Shown piece after piece: positions 1 to 5,940 of a DNA stretch of 32,000 nucleotides; the stretch's first letter is position 1, and every line of letters starts with the position of its first letter. This stretch comes from an uncultured Solirubrobacterales bacterium. Lineage in GTDB: Bacteria; Actinomycetota; Thermoleophilia; Solirubrobacterales; 70-9. The position numbers were made by a program, and so were the translations under genes. The stretch covers positions 170,160 to 202,159 of the forward strand of contig CAVSRD010000019.1 of assembly GCA_963730315.1 (NCBI GenBank), given 5' to 3'. Below the pieces are notes generated by a model. The model saw only the letters and a list, made by a program, of their open reading frames with translations. It was not told the DNA's origin and ran no database searches.

Positions 1-291
1 GTGAATCACCCAGCTGATCAAATCGCCTTCGTCGTCGTATTTTTTGACCGTGATGTTTTTACCGGTGGCGTGCTCGTCGAGCGGCAGTCCTGGGCAGGTT
101 TCGTCTATGAATTCCTGGTCAACTGACTCGACGGTCGTCTCGAGCGTGACCGCCTGAGCGTTTGCGGCGAAGGCGAGCGGCAGGGCGATCGCGCAGGCCA
201 AGACCGCCAGCTTCTTGACCAGCCCACGGGGATGGGCAGGGCGCAGAGCACCGCGAGCAGGTGCGGGGTTGGGGGATGGGTGCTGGGACAT
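1..291 (-). CDS. hypothetical secreted protein, N-terminal 97 codons only (gene runs off the left edge)
   Basis: Absent from the ORF track because there is no stop in the window. ATG at 291-289 is preceded by AGGAGGaaaacg (reverse complement of 292-303). The translation MSQHPSPNPAPARGALRPAHPRGLVKKLAVLACAIALPLAFAANAQA/VTLETTVESVDQEF... has a basic n-region, a hydrophobic core and an AxA cleavage-type motif. Bases 1-120 are visibly AT-richer than the rest of the window. Confidence 0.6.
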   Translation of the reverse strand, partial: MSQHPSPNPAPARGALRPAHPRGLVKKLAVLACAIALPLAFAANAQAVTLETTVESVDQEFIDETCPGLPLDEHATGKNITVKKYDDEGDLISWVIH

Positions 292-592
292 CGTTTTCCT
301 CCTCGGTTGGGGGTGGTCTTGATCGGCCATCTCCCGCCGCGCTTGCCTACGCCCACTCAGGCGCAAGGCCGAACTTGGTCTCTGAAGTGGCGATTGGTGA
401 CCCGTTCGATCTCTGGACGAGGCAGCGGCCACTTTTCTTCCCGGCGCTTCAGGTCAATCGCGGGGCCGCTGGCCGAACCGCTCGCGACCTCGCTTGATCC
501 CAAGCGCCCACACAGTCGCTGAGCGAATATGTCGCTGGGCCCACGGAAGCGCTTTCCGCGGATTCCTCTGGTTTCCGAATATCGCGAGGTAG

Positions 593-847
593 CTGGACGG
601 GGGTCGAGGGCCTCGGAGAGAGCCTTCCCTTTCGCTGGGGTCGCCAACGTCTTCCGCAGACCAGGTAGCGTCGAGCCAACCAGCAGATCATCGCCTGATC
701 CCCAGCGCCACCTTCCTCGCCCTGCTCGCCGGCTCCCTTGCCCTGCTCGCACTGCCCGGCTCACCGGCCAAGGCGATCGATTACGACTGCGCGGACTTCG
801 CCAACCAAGCCGAAGCACAAAGGCATTACCCCCAGGCGACGGCATGA
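593..847 (+). pseudogene. fragment of an Excalibur-type calcium-binding-domain secreted protein (no canonical start, domain truncated)
   Basis: The open frame (codon phase of 773) reads ...HRLIPSATFLALLAGSLALLALPGSPAKAIDYDCADFANQAEAQRHYPQATA*. This is a signal-peptide-like stretch followed by the DCxDFxxQAEAQ signature of actinobacterial Excalibur-domain proteins. The frame has no ATG/GTG/TTG between the upstream stop (590-592) and the motif. It stops at 845-847, before the expected D-x-D-G-D-G-x-A-C-E half of the domain. Confidence 0.4.
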
Positions 848-1204
848 GCCCGTCATTCCGCTCTGCAATGGGAATTTGGCGGCTATATCTCGCGGGGGGA
901 GAAATGTTATGGCGCGGGGTGTCGCTCCCGACAAGGTCTTCGATGACCTAGGTGCCCCCCTCTCCTATCCCCCCGCTCTCCCCAGCCTAGGGGTTGGATT
1001 CGGGTTGGTTGTCGAGAAGAAGAAGGGCGAACAGCTCAGCGTGGCCGAGGGGCGCTCCCACGACTTCTCTCTCGCAGGCACTAAGGTCTCTCCGGGGCTC
1101 TCTCGCCGGCTCAGGCCACTTGCAACGTTTTCGTTACGGTAGCCCCCCTAAGTTGCCGAAACCTGTCCGTTCTGGGGTGGCTTGGGGATGTCCGGCCTCC
1201 CCCC

Positions 1205-1519
1205 TCAAAAAGACCGACCCCCCTTCCGCGCGTTGCAGGTAGCGCAGGCCGGCGCACAGTTGGCCGGGTCCAGTTCGGCCCCGCCCTTCGACACCGGCAC
1301 GATGTGATCGACCGTGGTCGCCGGGGCGCCGCAGTAGGCGCAGAAAGGGTTGGCGGCGAGGATCCGCGCTCGCAGCTTTCGCCAGGCACGCGTAGAACCG
1401 ACACGCTGGCCTCGCGCCTCCCGGCTCTCGCGCTTGCGGCGGTTGCGTTCCGCTCGGCACTGAGGACACCCGCCCCTCGGAGCCTTTCGGCCGTGTTGGC
1501 AGACCCGGAGGAGAGTCAT
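1205..1519 (-). CDS. HNH endonuclease
   Basis: Internal ATG at 1519 of track ORF 1205..1717 gives 104 aa: MTLLRVCQHGRKAPRGGCPQCRAERNRRK...WRKLRARILAANPFCAYCGAPATTVDHIVPVSKGGAELDPANCAPACATCNARKGG. This is the classic phage-type HNH pattern (CxxC ... DH ... N ... CxxCN). Its ATG overlaps the upstream stop (ATGA). Confidence 0.85.
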   Translation of the reverse strand: MTLLRVCQHGRKAPRGGCPQCRAERNRRKRESREARGQRVGSTRAWRKLRARILAANPFCAYCGAPATTVDHIVPVSKGGAELDPANCAPACATCNARKGGRSF

Positions 1520-1689
1520 CGCCGCCGCCCCTTCCGATTCCGGTGGCGGCTCCGGCACTCGACGCAGTGCGGCACGCCGGTCACCTCGACGTTGACCAGC
1601 ACTCTGCAACCGGGCGTCGGGCAAGGCTTGAGCCCCCACTCGATCAGCGCTTGGCGAGCGGGCCAGCGGGTCGGCAGTTTCACGGGCAT
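1516..1689 (-). CDS. small zinc-ribbon-like protein (57 aa)
   Basis: Below the track size cutoff. ATG at 1689 is preceded by GGGAGGggggagaccg. Translation: MPVKLPTRWPARQALIEWGLKPCPTPGCRVLVNVEVTGVPHCVECRSRHRNRKGRRR* (CxxxxC ... CxxC). The frame is GC3-rich. It overlaps the upstream gene end by 10 nt and the HNH start by 4 nt. Confidence 0.55.
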   Translation of the reverse strand: MPVKLPTRWPARQALIEWGLKPCPTPGCRVLVNVEVTGVPHCVECRSRHRNRKGRRR

Positions 1690-1955
1690 CGGTCTCCCCC
1701 CTCCCGCAGCCAGGCATCCAGCTCCGACTTCCTGGCGATCAGCGCCGAGCCGTCTTTAGAGACCGGGAGACGGCGAGCGCTGTTGAGCGCGTAGATGCGG
1801 CTCGTGCTGCAGTCGAGGTACTCGGCGATCCGGTCGGCACCCCGGAGCCAGCCATCCTGCACCGGCTCGGCCTGGCGCTCGGCGAGCAGCTCGGCGGCGC
1901 GCTCGGCGACCTGCTCGAGCAGCTCGGGCGACAAGTCGATGGTGAGCGCGGTCAT
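1680..1955 (-). CDS. excisionase-family helix-turn-helix DNA-binding protein (HTH_17-like)
   Basis: Internal ATG at 1955 of track ORF 1680..2174 gives 91 aa. MTALTIDLSPELLEQVAERAAELLAERQ...WLRGADRIAEYLDCSTSRIYALNSARRLPVSKDGSALIARKSELDAWLREGG matches the excisionase/MerR-like HTH pattern (aeyL..s...iy.l...g.lP..k.G......r..Ld.Wl). Confidence 0.75.
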   Translation of the reverse strand: MTALTIDLSPELLEQVAERAAELLAERQAEPVQDGWLRGADRIAEYLDCSTSRIYALNSARRLPVSKDGSALIARKSELDAWLREGGDRCP

Positions 1956-2122
1956 CAGGCGGTCATCCCGTGCGCGCTGAGGATCTGGCGATAGCGATGG
2001 GCGCACCCTGAGTGCATCCAAGCGCCGGCAGCCCTGGCGATCGGTTCGCCGCGTCGGATGGGGCGAGAGCAGTTCTTGCAATGGCCGCTGCGCCTCGCGA
2101 GCACTTCGGCAGCGGCGGGCAT
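1955..2122 (-). CDS. small Cys/His-rich hypothetical protein (55 aa)
   Basis: This is the M14 start of track ORF 1955..2161. MPAAAEVLARRSGHCKNCSRPIRRGEPIARAAGAWMHSGCAHRYRQILSAHGMTA contains CxxC ... HxxC. Both ends show 1-nt TGATG stop/start overlaps with neighbours (at 2122 and 1955). Confidence 0.55.
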   Translation of the reverse strand: MPAAAEVLARRSGHCKNCSRPIRRGEPIARAAGAWMHSGCAHRYRQILSAHGMTA

Positions 2123-2307
2123 CAGTTGCGATCCTTCCGTGCCCGCAGCAGCGGACACCACTCGTCGTGCGCAAGGGTCACCGAGTAGAGGCCCGGCTTG
2201 AACTCAGCCAGCCTCAGGTCCGGCTGGCAGACGCAACCCTGAGCCTTCGCTGCCCTCAGCGCGGCCTCGCTGGCCTCGGTCTGTAGATCGCGCCGGTTGC
2301 TACTCAC
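2122..2307 (-). CDS. small hypothetical protein (61 aa)
   Basis: Same frame as track ORF 2122..2415. The GTG at 2307 is preceded by GAGGAGGtccggc, whereas the ATG at 2340 has no Shine-Dalgarno sequence and would swallow a repeat copy. Sequence: VSSNRRDLQTEASEAALRAAKAQGCVCQPDLRLAEFKPGLYSVTLAHDEWCPLLRARKDRN. Confidence 0.5.
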   Translation of the reverse strand: MSSNRRDLQTEASEAALRAAKAQGCVCQPDLRLAEFKPGLYSVTLAHDEWCPLLRARKDRN

Positions 2308-2324
2308 GCCGGACCTCCTCGGCG

Positions 2325-2479
2325 AGGTGCTCCGCGCCATCGGGAGCAGCTCGATGGCTCGGGGGTAGGTGCTCCAAGTGCAGGTGCTCCCCTTTAGGGG
2401 CGGGAGCACCTGCACCTGCTACTGCACCTCCCCCGGCGGGGTAGGTGCTCCGAGGTTCTCCGAGGCGGTGGGAGCACCT
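2325..2479. repeat. cluster of six AGGTGCTCC / GGAGCACCT 9-mers (iteron- or operator-like array) straddling the helicase stop codon
   Basis: Plus-orientation copies lie at 2325-2333, 2367-2375, 2382-2390 and 2443-2451. Minus-orientation copies lie at 2403-2411 and 2471-2479. Extra GCACCT hexamers lie at 2412-2417 and 2424-2429. The 14-mer GGGGTAGGTGCTCC is identical at 2362-2375 and 2438-2451. Confidence 0.7.
2378..2415 (-). terminator. 14-bp perfect inverted repeat immediately 3' of the helicase-like gene (possible terminator; also part of the repeat array)
   Basis: GTGCAGGTGCTCCC (2378-2391), a 10-nt loop, then GGGAGCACCTGCAC (2402-2415). It starts 4 nt after the TAG at 2421-2419. No U-tract follows on the minus strand, so terminator function is uncertain. 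Confidence 0.3.
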
Positions 2480-3948
2480 TTGCGGATCTCCCAGACGCGG
2501 GCGGTTGGGTGTCGGCCGACCTCTCTCGCCTCCTGCCCGGTACGCACCCGAAAGATGTCGAGTCGGCCGTTCAGCAGCTCGCTGACGACCTCCTCCCGAG
2601 CCCCGATGCCCTGGATGACCTCCTCGGTGCCGTCGGGCTGCTTGAGCACTCGGCGGACGGCGATCTCCTTCGCGGTCGAGTGGGAGTTCTCGCGTAGCCA
2701 TGCCTCGACCTCGGCGCCCAGGTCGCGGGCCGGCTCCTCGACGACCTCGAAGCCTTCGCCCTCGGTCCAGTCAAGCTCGAGGGTCTGCTTGTGCCAGCGG
2801 CTCGACCAGCGCGCCTTCTGGAAGGTGAGGGTCGTCTTGCCGGGCGCGTGAACCTGGGCGTGCAGCAGCGTGTCGCCAGCGCCCTCCCAGGCACCCGAGA
2901 CGCTGCCGCCCTTGTTCTCGTGATGAACCAGAAACACCGTCAGCCGCCGACCTGAGCGCTCCCGAAAGCGATCGACCTCGGCCATGAAGTCACGGACTTG
3001 CTGCAACGTCCCCAGCTCCTCCATGCCGACGCGGGTGAGCGGGCCGACGATCAGCACGTCGACCTGGCGCTCGCCGATCAGGTCGGCGATCTCGGCGGCG
3101 TCGGGAAAGCGGAAGTCGGCCCAGGGCCGTTCTAGGACGAGCAGCCGGCCACCCAGGTCCGAGCCGTTCCAGGCGGCGATCTTCCGCTGCACCTTGTCGC
3201 GGAACAGCGGCCGCGGACCCTCGGCCTCGACAAGCAGGACCGTCGCCGGACGGGTGACCGGAATGCCAAGCCAGGGGTCGGCGGCCGCAAGGTGGACGCC
3301 CAGGTCGAGGCCGAGCGTCGTCTTGCTCGCGCCGCCGTCCCCGTACAACATCACGTCCCCACCCTCCGGGACAACCGCCTCGCCAGCCTCACCGACCAGC
3401 GGCTCAGCTCCGGGCTCCTCAACCGCCGCGAACTCCTGCGCCGTCACGATGGAGGCTGGCTCCGCATTACTCCCGGTCGCACGGATATTGCCGAGCATCT
3501 GCTCCGCTCGCCGGGATAGCTCGTGCGGAGCGCCGTCGCGCTGGTGCACCCACCCCTGGATCTCCTGGCCGGCGCCGAGCAGTCGCCGCAGCAGCGAGTT
3601 CTGCTGGACGATCTCCGCGTAGTGCCTGGCGTTGCCGGCGGCCGGCACCTTGGCGGCCAGCTCGGATACGTAGTGTTTGCCGCCCGCAGCGTCGATCTCC
3701 CCGCGGCGTTCCAGCTCGGCATGGACGGTCAGCTCGTCGGCCGGGCTGGCGGCCGTGTAGAGGTCGCGGACCGCCTTGTAGATCGCCGCGTGCTTGTCGA
3801 GATAGAAGTCGGCCGCCCGCAGCTTCACCCCGTCGATCACGCGCTCCAGCGCCGGCTCAGCGACCAGCATCGCGCCCAGCACCGATTCCTCGGCCTCGAT
3901 GTTCTGAGGCGGAATCTGTCGAGGCGGCGGGGCGCTAGGCTGCGTCAT
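2419..3948 (-). CDS. DnaB N-terminal domain + RepA/AAA_25-type (RecA-fold) ATPase, replicative helicase-like protein of a mobile element
   Basis: Track ORF, 509 aa. The N-terminus PPQNIEAEESVLGAMLV...FYLDKHAAIYKAV...GGKHYVSELA...NARHYAEIV is the DnaB_N signature. Walker A is YGDGGASKTT (about 3316-3342). VLLVEAEG and LVHHENKGG motifs are typical of AAA_25/RepA. The C-terminal ~100 aa look winged-helix-like. Confidence 0.85.
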   Translation of the reverse strand: MTQPSAPPPRQIPPQNIEAEESVLGAMLVAEPALERVIDGVKLRAADFYLDKHAAIYKAVRDLYTAASPADELTVHAELERRGEIDAAGGKHYVSELAAKVPAAGNARHYAEIVQQNSLLRRLLGAGQEIQGWVHQRDGAPHELSRRAEQMLGNIRATGSNAEPASIVTAQEFAAVEEPGAEPLVGEAGEAVVPEGGDVMLYGDGGASKTTLGLDLGVHLAAADPWLGIPVTRPATVLLVEAEGPRPLFRDKVQRKIAAWNGSDLGGRLLVLERPWADFRFPDAAEIADLIGERQVDVLIVGPLTRVGMEELGTLQQVRDFMAEVDRFRERSGRRLTVFLVHHENKGGSVSGAWEGAGDTLLHAQVHAPGKTTLTFQKARWSSRWHKQTLELDWTEGEGFEVVEEPARDLGAEVEAWLRENSHSTAKEIAVRRVLKQPDGTEEVIQGIGAREEVVSELLNGRLDIFRVRTGQEAREVGRHPTARVWEIRKGAPTASENLGAPTPPGEVQ

Positions 3949-4195
3949 GTCGGCGGTCCCTTCGCCGATCTTGGACGGCCTCGCCCTTGCCGGCGGGGTC
4001 GTCGTTTGTCAGGCGCGTGAGCACTCGCTCGAAAACAGGGCTTACCTCGGGGTCGGGCTCATAGCCGCCCTCGATCACTCGCACATAGGCGGTCGAGCAG
4101 TCCACCTCGCGGGCCAGCGCCTCTTGCGTAAGACCGGCGGCCCGACGCAGCTGCCGAATGGAAGATCCGGCGCTTTGCCTACTGTTAGCGCTCAT
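3935..4195 (-). CDS. XRE-family helix-turn-helix transcriptional regulator (86 aa)
   Basis: Internal ATG at 4195 of track ORF 3935..4345. MSANSRQSAGSSIRQLRRAAGLTQEALAREVDCSTAYVRVIEGGYEP carries the canonical IRxLRxxxGLTQxxLA HTH_3 motif. Its 3' end overlaps the helicase start by 14 nt. Confidence 0.8.
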   Translation of the reverse strand: MSANSRQSAGSSIRQLRRAAGLTQEALAREVDCSTAYVRVIEGGYEPDPEVSPVFERVLTRLTNDDPAGKGEAVQDRRRDRRHDAA

Positions 4196-4823
4196 GGCAA
4201 CAGCATCGCCCCCCAAGTCCACTTTGCCAACGGACAAGTTCGCGCTCGAATCTGTCCCCTCCGGTCGCCTGGTCGCCCAACTCGCCGGCCTGGGCCGCGA
4301 TCGACCCGTGTACCGCCTGGGCCGGGCCGCGGTGCCCATACTCACCTGGACCGCCGAAGCGACCCTCTACCAGCTCGACCCGCGCTCAGTCCTGAAACGG
4401 CCCACCGCGCTGTACCTCTCCACCGACACCATCGCGAGCAACCTTGCCGCTGAGGAGGTCGCTAAGTCGTCCCATGCGGCTGCGGAGGTGCGCTCCCTGG
4501 ACGCTGCCGTCGCGCGCGACCTTGCGGGGCAAAGCGAGGCTGCCCTCCGTGCCGCACGGCTCGGCCCCACGGATTACTCGGATCAGGACGCCGAGCGCAT
4601 GGATCGCCGCGATGTCGCCAGGGGTCGGAGGCTCTGGGCGGCGATAGGCGCGTGGCCCTGGTGGACCCTCGCGCGGGAGGCAGGCAGCATCAAAGCGCTG
4701 GCCGGCAAGCTCCCCGAGCAGTGGTGGGAGTCTCCCGGAGTCATCGCCACCTATCGCGCGTGGGCGACGGGCTCACAGCGCCCGCTCCACGAACACGACC
4801 GGCGGGCGCGCGAAGCCGCCTAG
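4194..4823 (+). CDS. hypothetical protein (209 aa; start uncertain)
   Basis: This is the M13 start of track ORF 4158..4823. The frame is very GC3-rich from about 4250 onward, which supports coding. I recognise no motif. The first ATG (4194) overlaps the XRE ATG head-to-head, so the true start may be downstream (TTG 4224 or GTG 4308). Confidence 0.55.
   Translation: MATASPPKSTLPTDKFALESVPSGRLVAQLAGLGRDRPVYRLGRAAVPILTWTAEATLYQLDPRSVLKRPTALYLSTDTIASNLAAEEVAKSSHAAAEVRSLDAAVARDLAGQSEAALRAARLGPTDYSDQDAERMDRRDVARGRRLWAAIGAWPWWTLAREAGSIKALAGKLPEQWWESPGVIATYRAWATGSQRPLHEHDRRAREAA
4202..4230 (-). promoter_or_regulatory. predicted sigma70-type promoter giving a leaderless XRE transcript
   Basis: The minus strand reads TTGGCA (4230-4225), a 17-nt spacer, GATGCT (4207-4202), 6 nt, then ATG (4195). 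No Shine-Dalgarno sequence precedes this ATG. This is a pattern match only. Confidence 0.3.
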
Positions 4824-4869
4824 TAGGGGCCGGCAATCCCGTCTCAGGCGGCTGGTCGGCCGTCCCCCA

Positions 4870-5040
4870 CTACTCCTCGATCTGCTGCATCTGGCCGAAG
4901 GTCTGTAGGTGACTGCTCGCCCACCCAAGGTGTTCCTCGACCTTCGGGTTCGGCTGGTCGCCAGCCATCTCCCGCACCGCAGCGTGCAGGCTTTCGATCG
5001 CCGACCCCAGCTCGCGCAGCCGGTCCTTAACTCTGTCCAT
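4870..5040 (-). CDS. small hypothetical helical protein (56 aa)
   Basis: Below the track cutoff. ATG at 5040 is preceded by GGAGAGGAGGcggc (a strong Shine-Dalgarno sequence). Translation: MDRVKDRLRELGSAIESLHAAVREMAGDQPNPKVEEHLGWASSHLQTFGQMQQIEE*, with TAG at 4872-4870. Confidence 0.55.
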   Translation of the reverse strand: MDRVKDRLRELGSAIESLHAAVREMAGDQPNPKVEEHLGWASSHLQTFGQMQQIEE

Positions 5041-5191
5041 GCCGCCTCCTCTCCTCGCGAGTCCGCCGCGATGCTAGCGTCCACGCGGCACTCCGCGGGC
5101 CGCCCTTGGGCCGCGACGCTACAACGCTCGGCGGGAGCCGGGAGGCTTGTTCGAGCAACTACTGAGGCGGGCGGCTGAGGCTTAGATATGC

Positions 5192-5240
5192 CGAGGCCGC
5201 CAACCCGGCGGCCTCGCGCCCCGCTGACGAAACAGCGGGG
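5192..5240 (-). terminator. two tandem GC-rich hairpins downstream of the NYN gene
   Basis: Hairpin 1 is CGAGGCCGCC / aaccc / GGCGGCCTCG (5192-5216, 10 bp). Hairpin 2 is CCCCGCTG / acgaaa / CAGCGGGG (5219-5240, 8 bp). They lie 44-92 nt after the NYN stop (5284). There is no U-tract, which is common in high-GC genomes. Confidence 0.45.
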
Positions 5241-5283
5241 GGGTTGAGCCAAATACTAGAGCAAGCGCCGGATATTTCAAGGC

Positions 5284-5940
5284 CTACCACGTGGGAGGCT
5301 TGACCAAGAGCCTGCCCTTGGGGGAGCGCAGTTCCGCTGGAAATTGGCAGCTTTTGACGTCGGAAGCACGCATCTGAATGAAGCGGGCATTTTGGGGGAG
5401 CGGATTAGGCGAAAGGGCTGCCGAGCGAGGCTTTCTAGGGTCCAGCACCGGGTTAATGATCGTGACCGGATAACCAAGATCGGCTCGAACGATCTTCACC
5501 GGCATTTTGAGATCGCCATCATTTGAAATCACCGCCGCCGACTCGAAGCGGCCCTCGTGCGCGTCCTTAAGGAGACGGGAAGCCAGGTTGACATCCGTTC
5601 CCTTCTCCTCGTAGGTATCCACAAGACCTTTCGGGGGCGGCGGAGGCGGTTGAAGCAAGTCCCCCTTCACTTCCTTGCCCACAAAGCGGCCCAAATAGAT
5701 CTTGAGATTGGGGATTGTCTTGAGTGCCCGGTGATAGATCCGCTGTCTGTTCTGCTTGTCGAGGTCGTCCGGGTCTTTCTTGACGTTCGCCGTGCAATAG
5801 GCGATTTCGCATATCTGGTCATTCGGCAAGAGCCGCGCACATAGAGCCGACAAGTCAAGCCATTTGCGACCGACCCTGCAACAGGCTCCGTAGTAGAGAT
5901 TGAAGCCGTCGATGTAGACGATGGTGCGCACACACACCAT
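5284..5940 (-). CDS. NYN-domain (LabA/DUF88-like, PIN-related) predicted ribonuclease
   Basis: Track ORF, 218 aa. The motifs VYIDGFNLYYG ... EEKGTDVNLA ... VISNDGDL and the C-terminal ...SCQFPAEL...G.LVKPPTW match the widespread ~210-aa NYN family. The gene is clearly lower in GC and GC3 than its surroundings. Confidence 0.85.
   Translation of the reverse strand: MVCVRTIVYIDGFNLYYGACCRVGRKWLDLSALCARLLPNDQICEIAYCTANVKKDPDDLDKQNRQRIYHRALKTIPNLKIYLGRFVGKEVKGDLLQPPPPPPKGLVDTYEEKGTDVNLASRLLKDAHEGRFESAAVISNDGDLKMPVKIVRADLGYPVTIINPVLDPRKPRSAALSPNPLPQNARFIQMRASDVKSCQFPAELRSPKGRLLVKPPTW

Noticed and set aside
357-845. A 162-aa minus-strand ORF. I considered it a possible remnant of an integrase or IS3-type transposase because of strings such as RGIRGKRFRG and NRHFRDQVRP and a moderately GC3-rich distal half.
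   Set aside because: The spacing and order of the supposed motifs do not match IS3 OrfB or tyrosine recombinase consensus. The upstream half is antisense to the much more specific Excalibur-like frame. I cannot support any family call without a database search, so the region is left unannotated.
946-995. G-quadruplex potential of the G-rich minus strand of the C-rich tract.
   Set aside because: Only three G-runs of four or more are present within the tract. A canonical four-run G4 motif is not satisfied without invoking GG runs.
1-1300. A search by eye for a direct repeat of the tRNA-Arg 3' end (6112-6150) that would mark the far att site of the island. GGATTCGGGTTGG at about 995-1007 was a weak candidate.
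   Set aside because: Only 7 contiguous matching bases (GGATTCG) were found. This is indistinguishable from chance, so no att site is claimed.
2122-2340. ATG at 2340 as the start of the small ORF downstream of the helicase gene (the longer version of the 2122..2415 track ORF).
   Set aside because: No Shine-Dalgarno sequence precedes 2340, whereas the GTG at 2307 follows GAGGAGG at ideal spacing. The longer version would also place repeat copy 2325-2333 inside coding sequence. It is kept as an alternative only.
2325-2479. The possibility that the short repeats are a mini CRISPR array.
   Set aside because: The repeat units are only 9-14 nt and occur in both orientations with irregular spacing of 15-42 nt. 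They overlap a coding sequence, and no cas genes are present. This is inconsistent with CRISPR.
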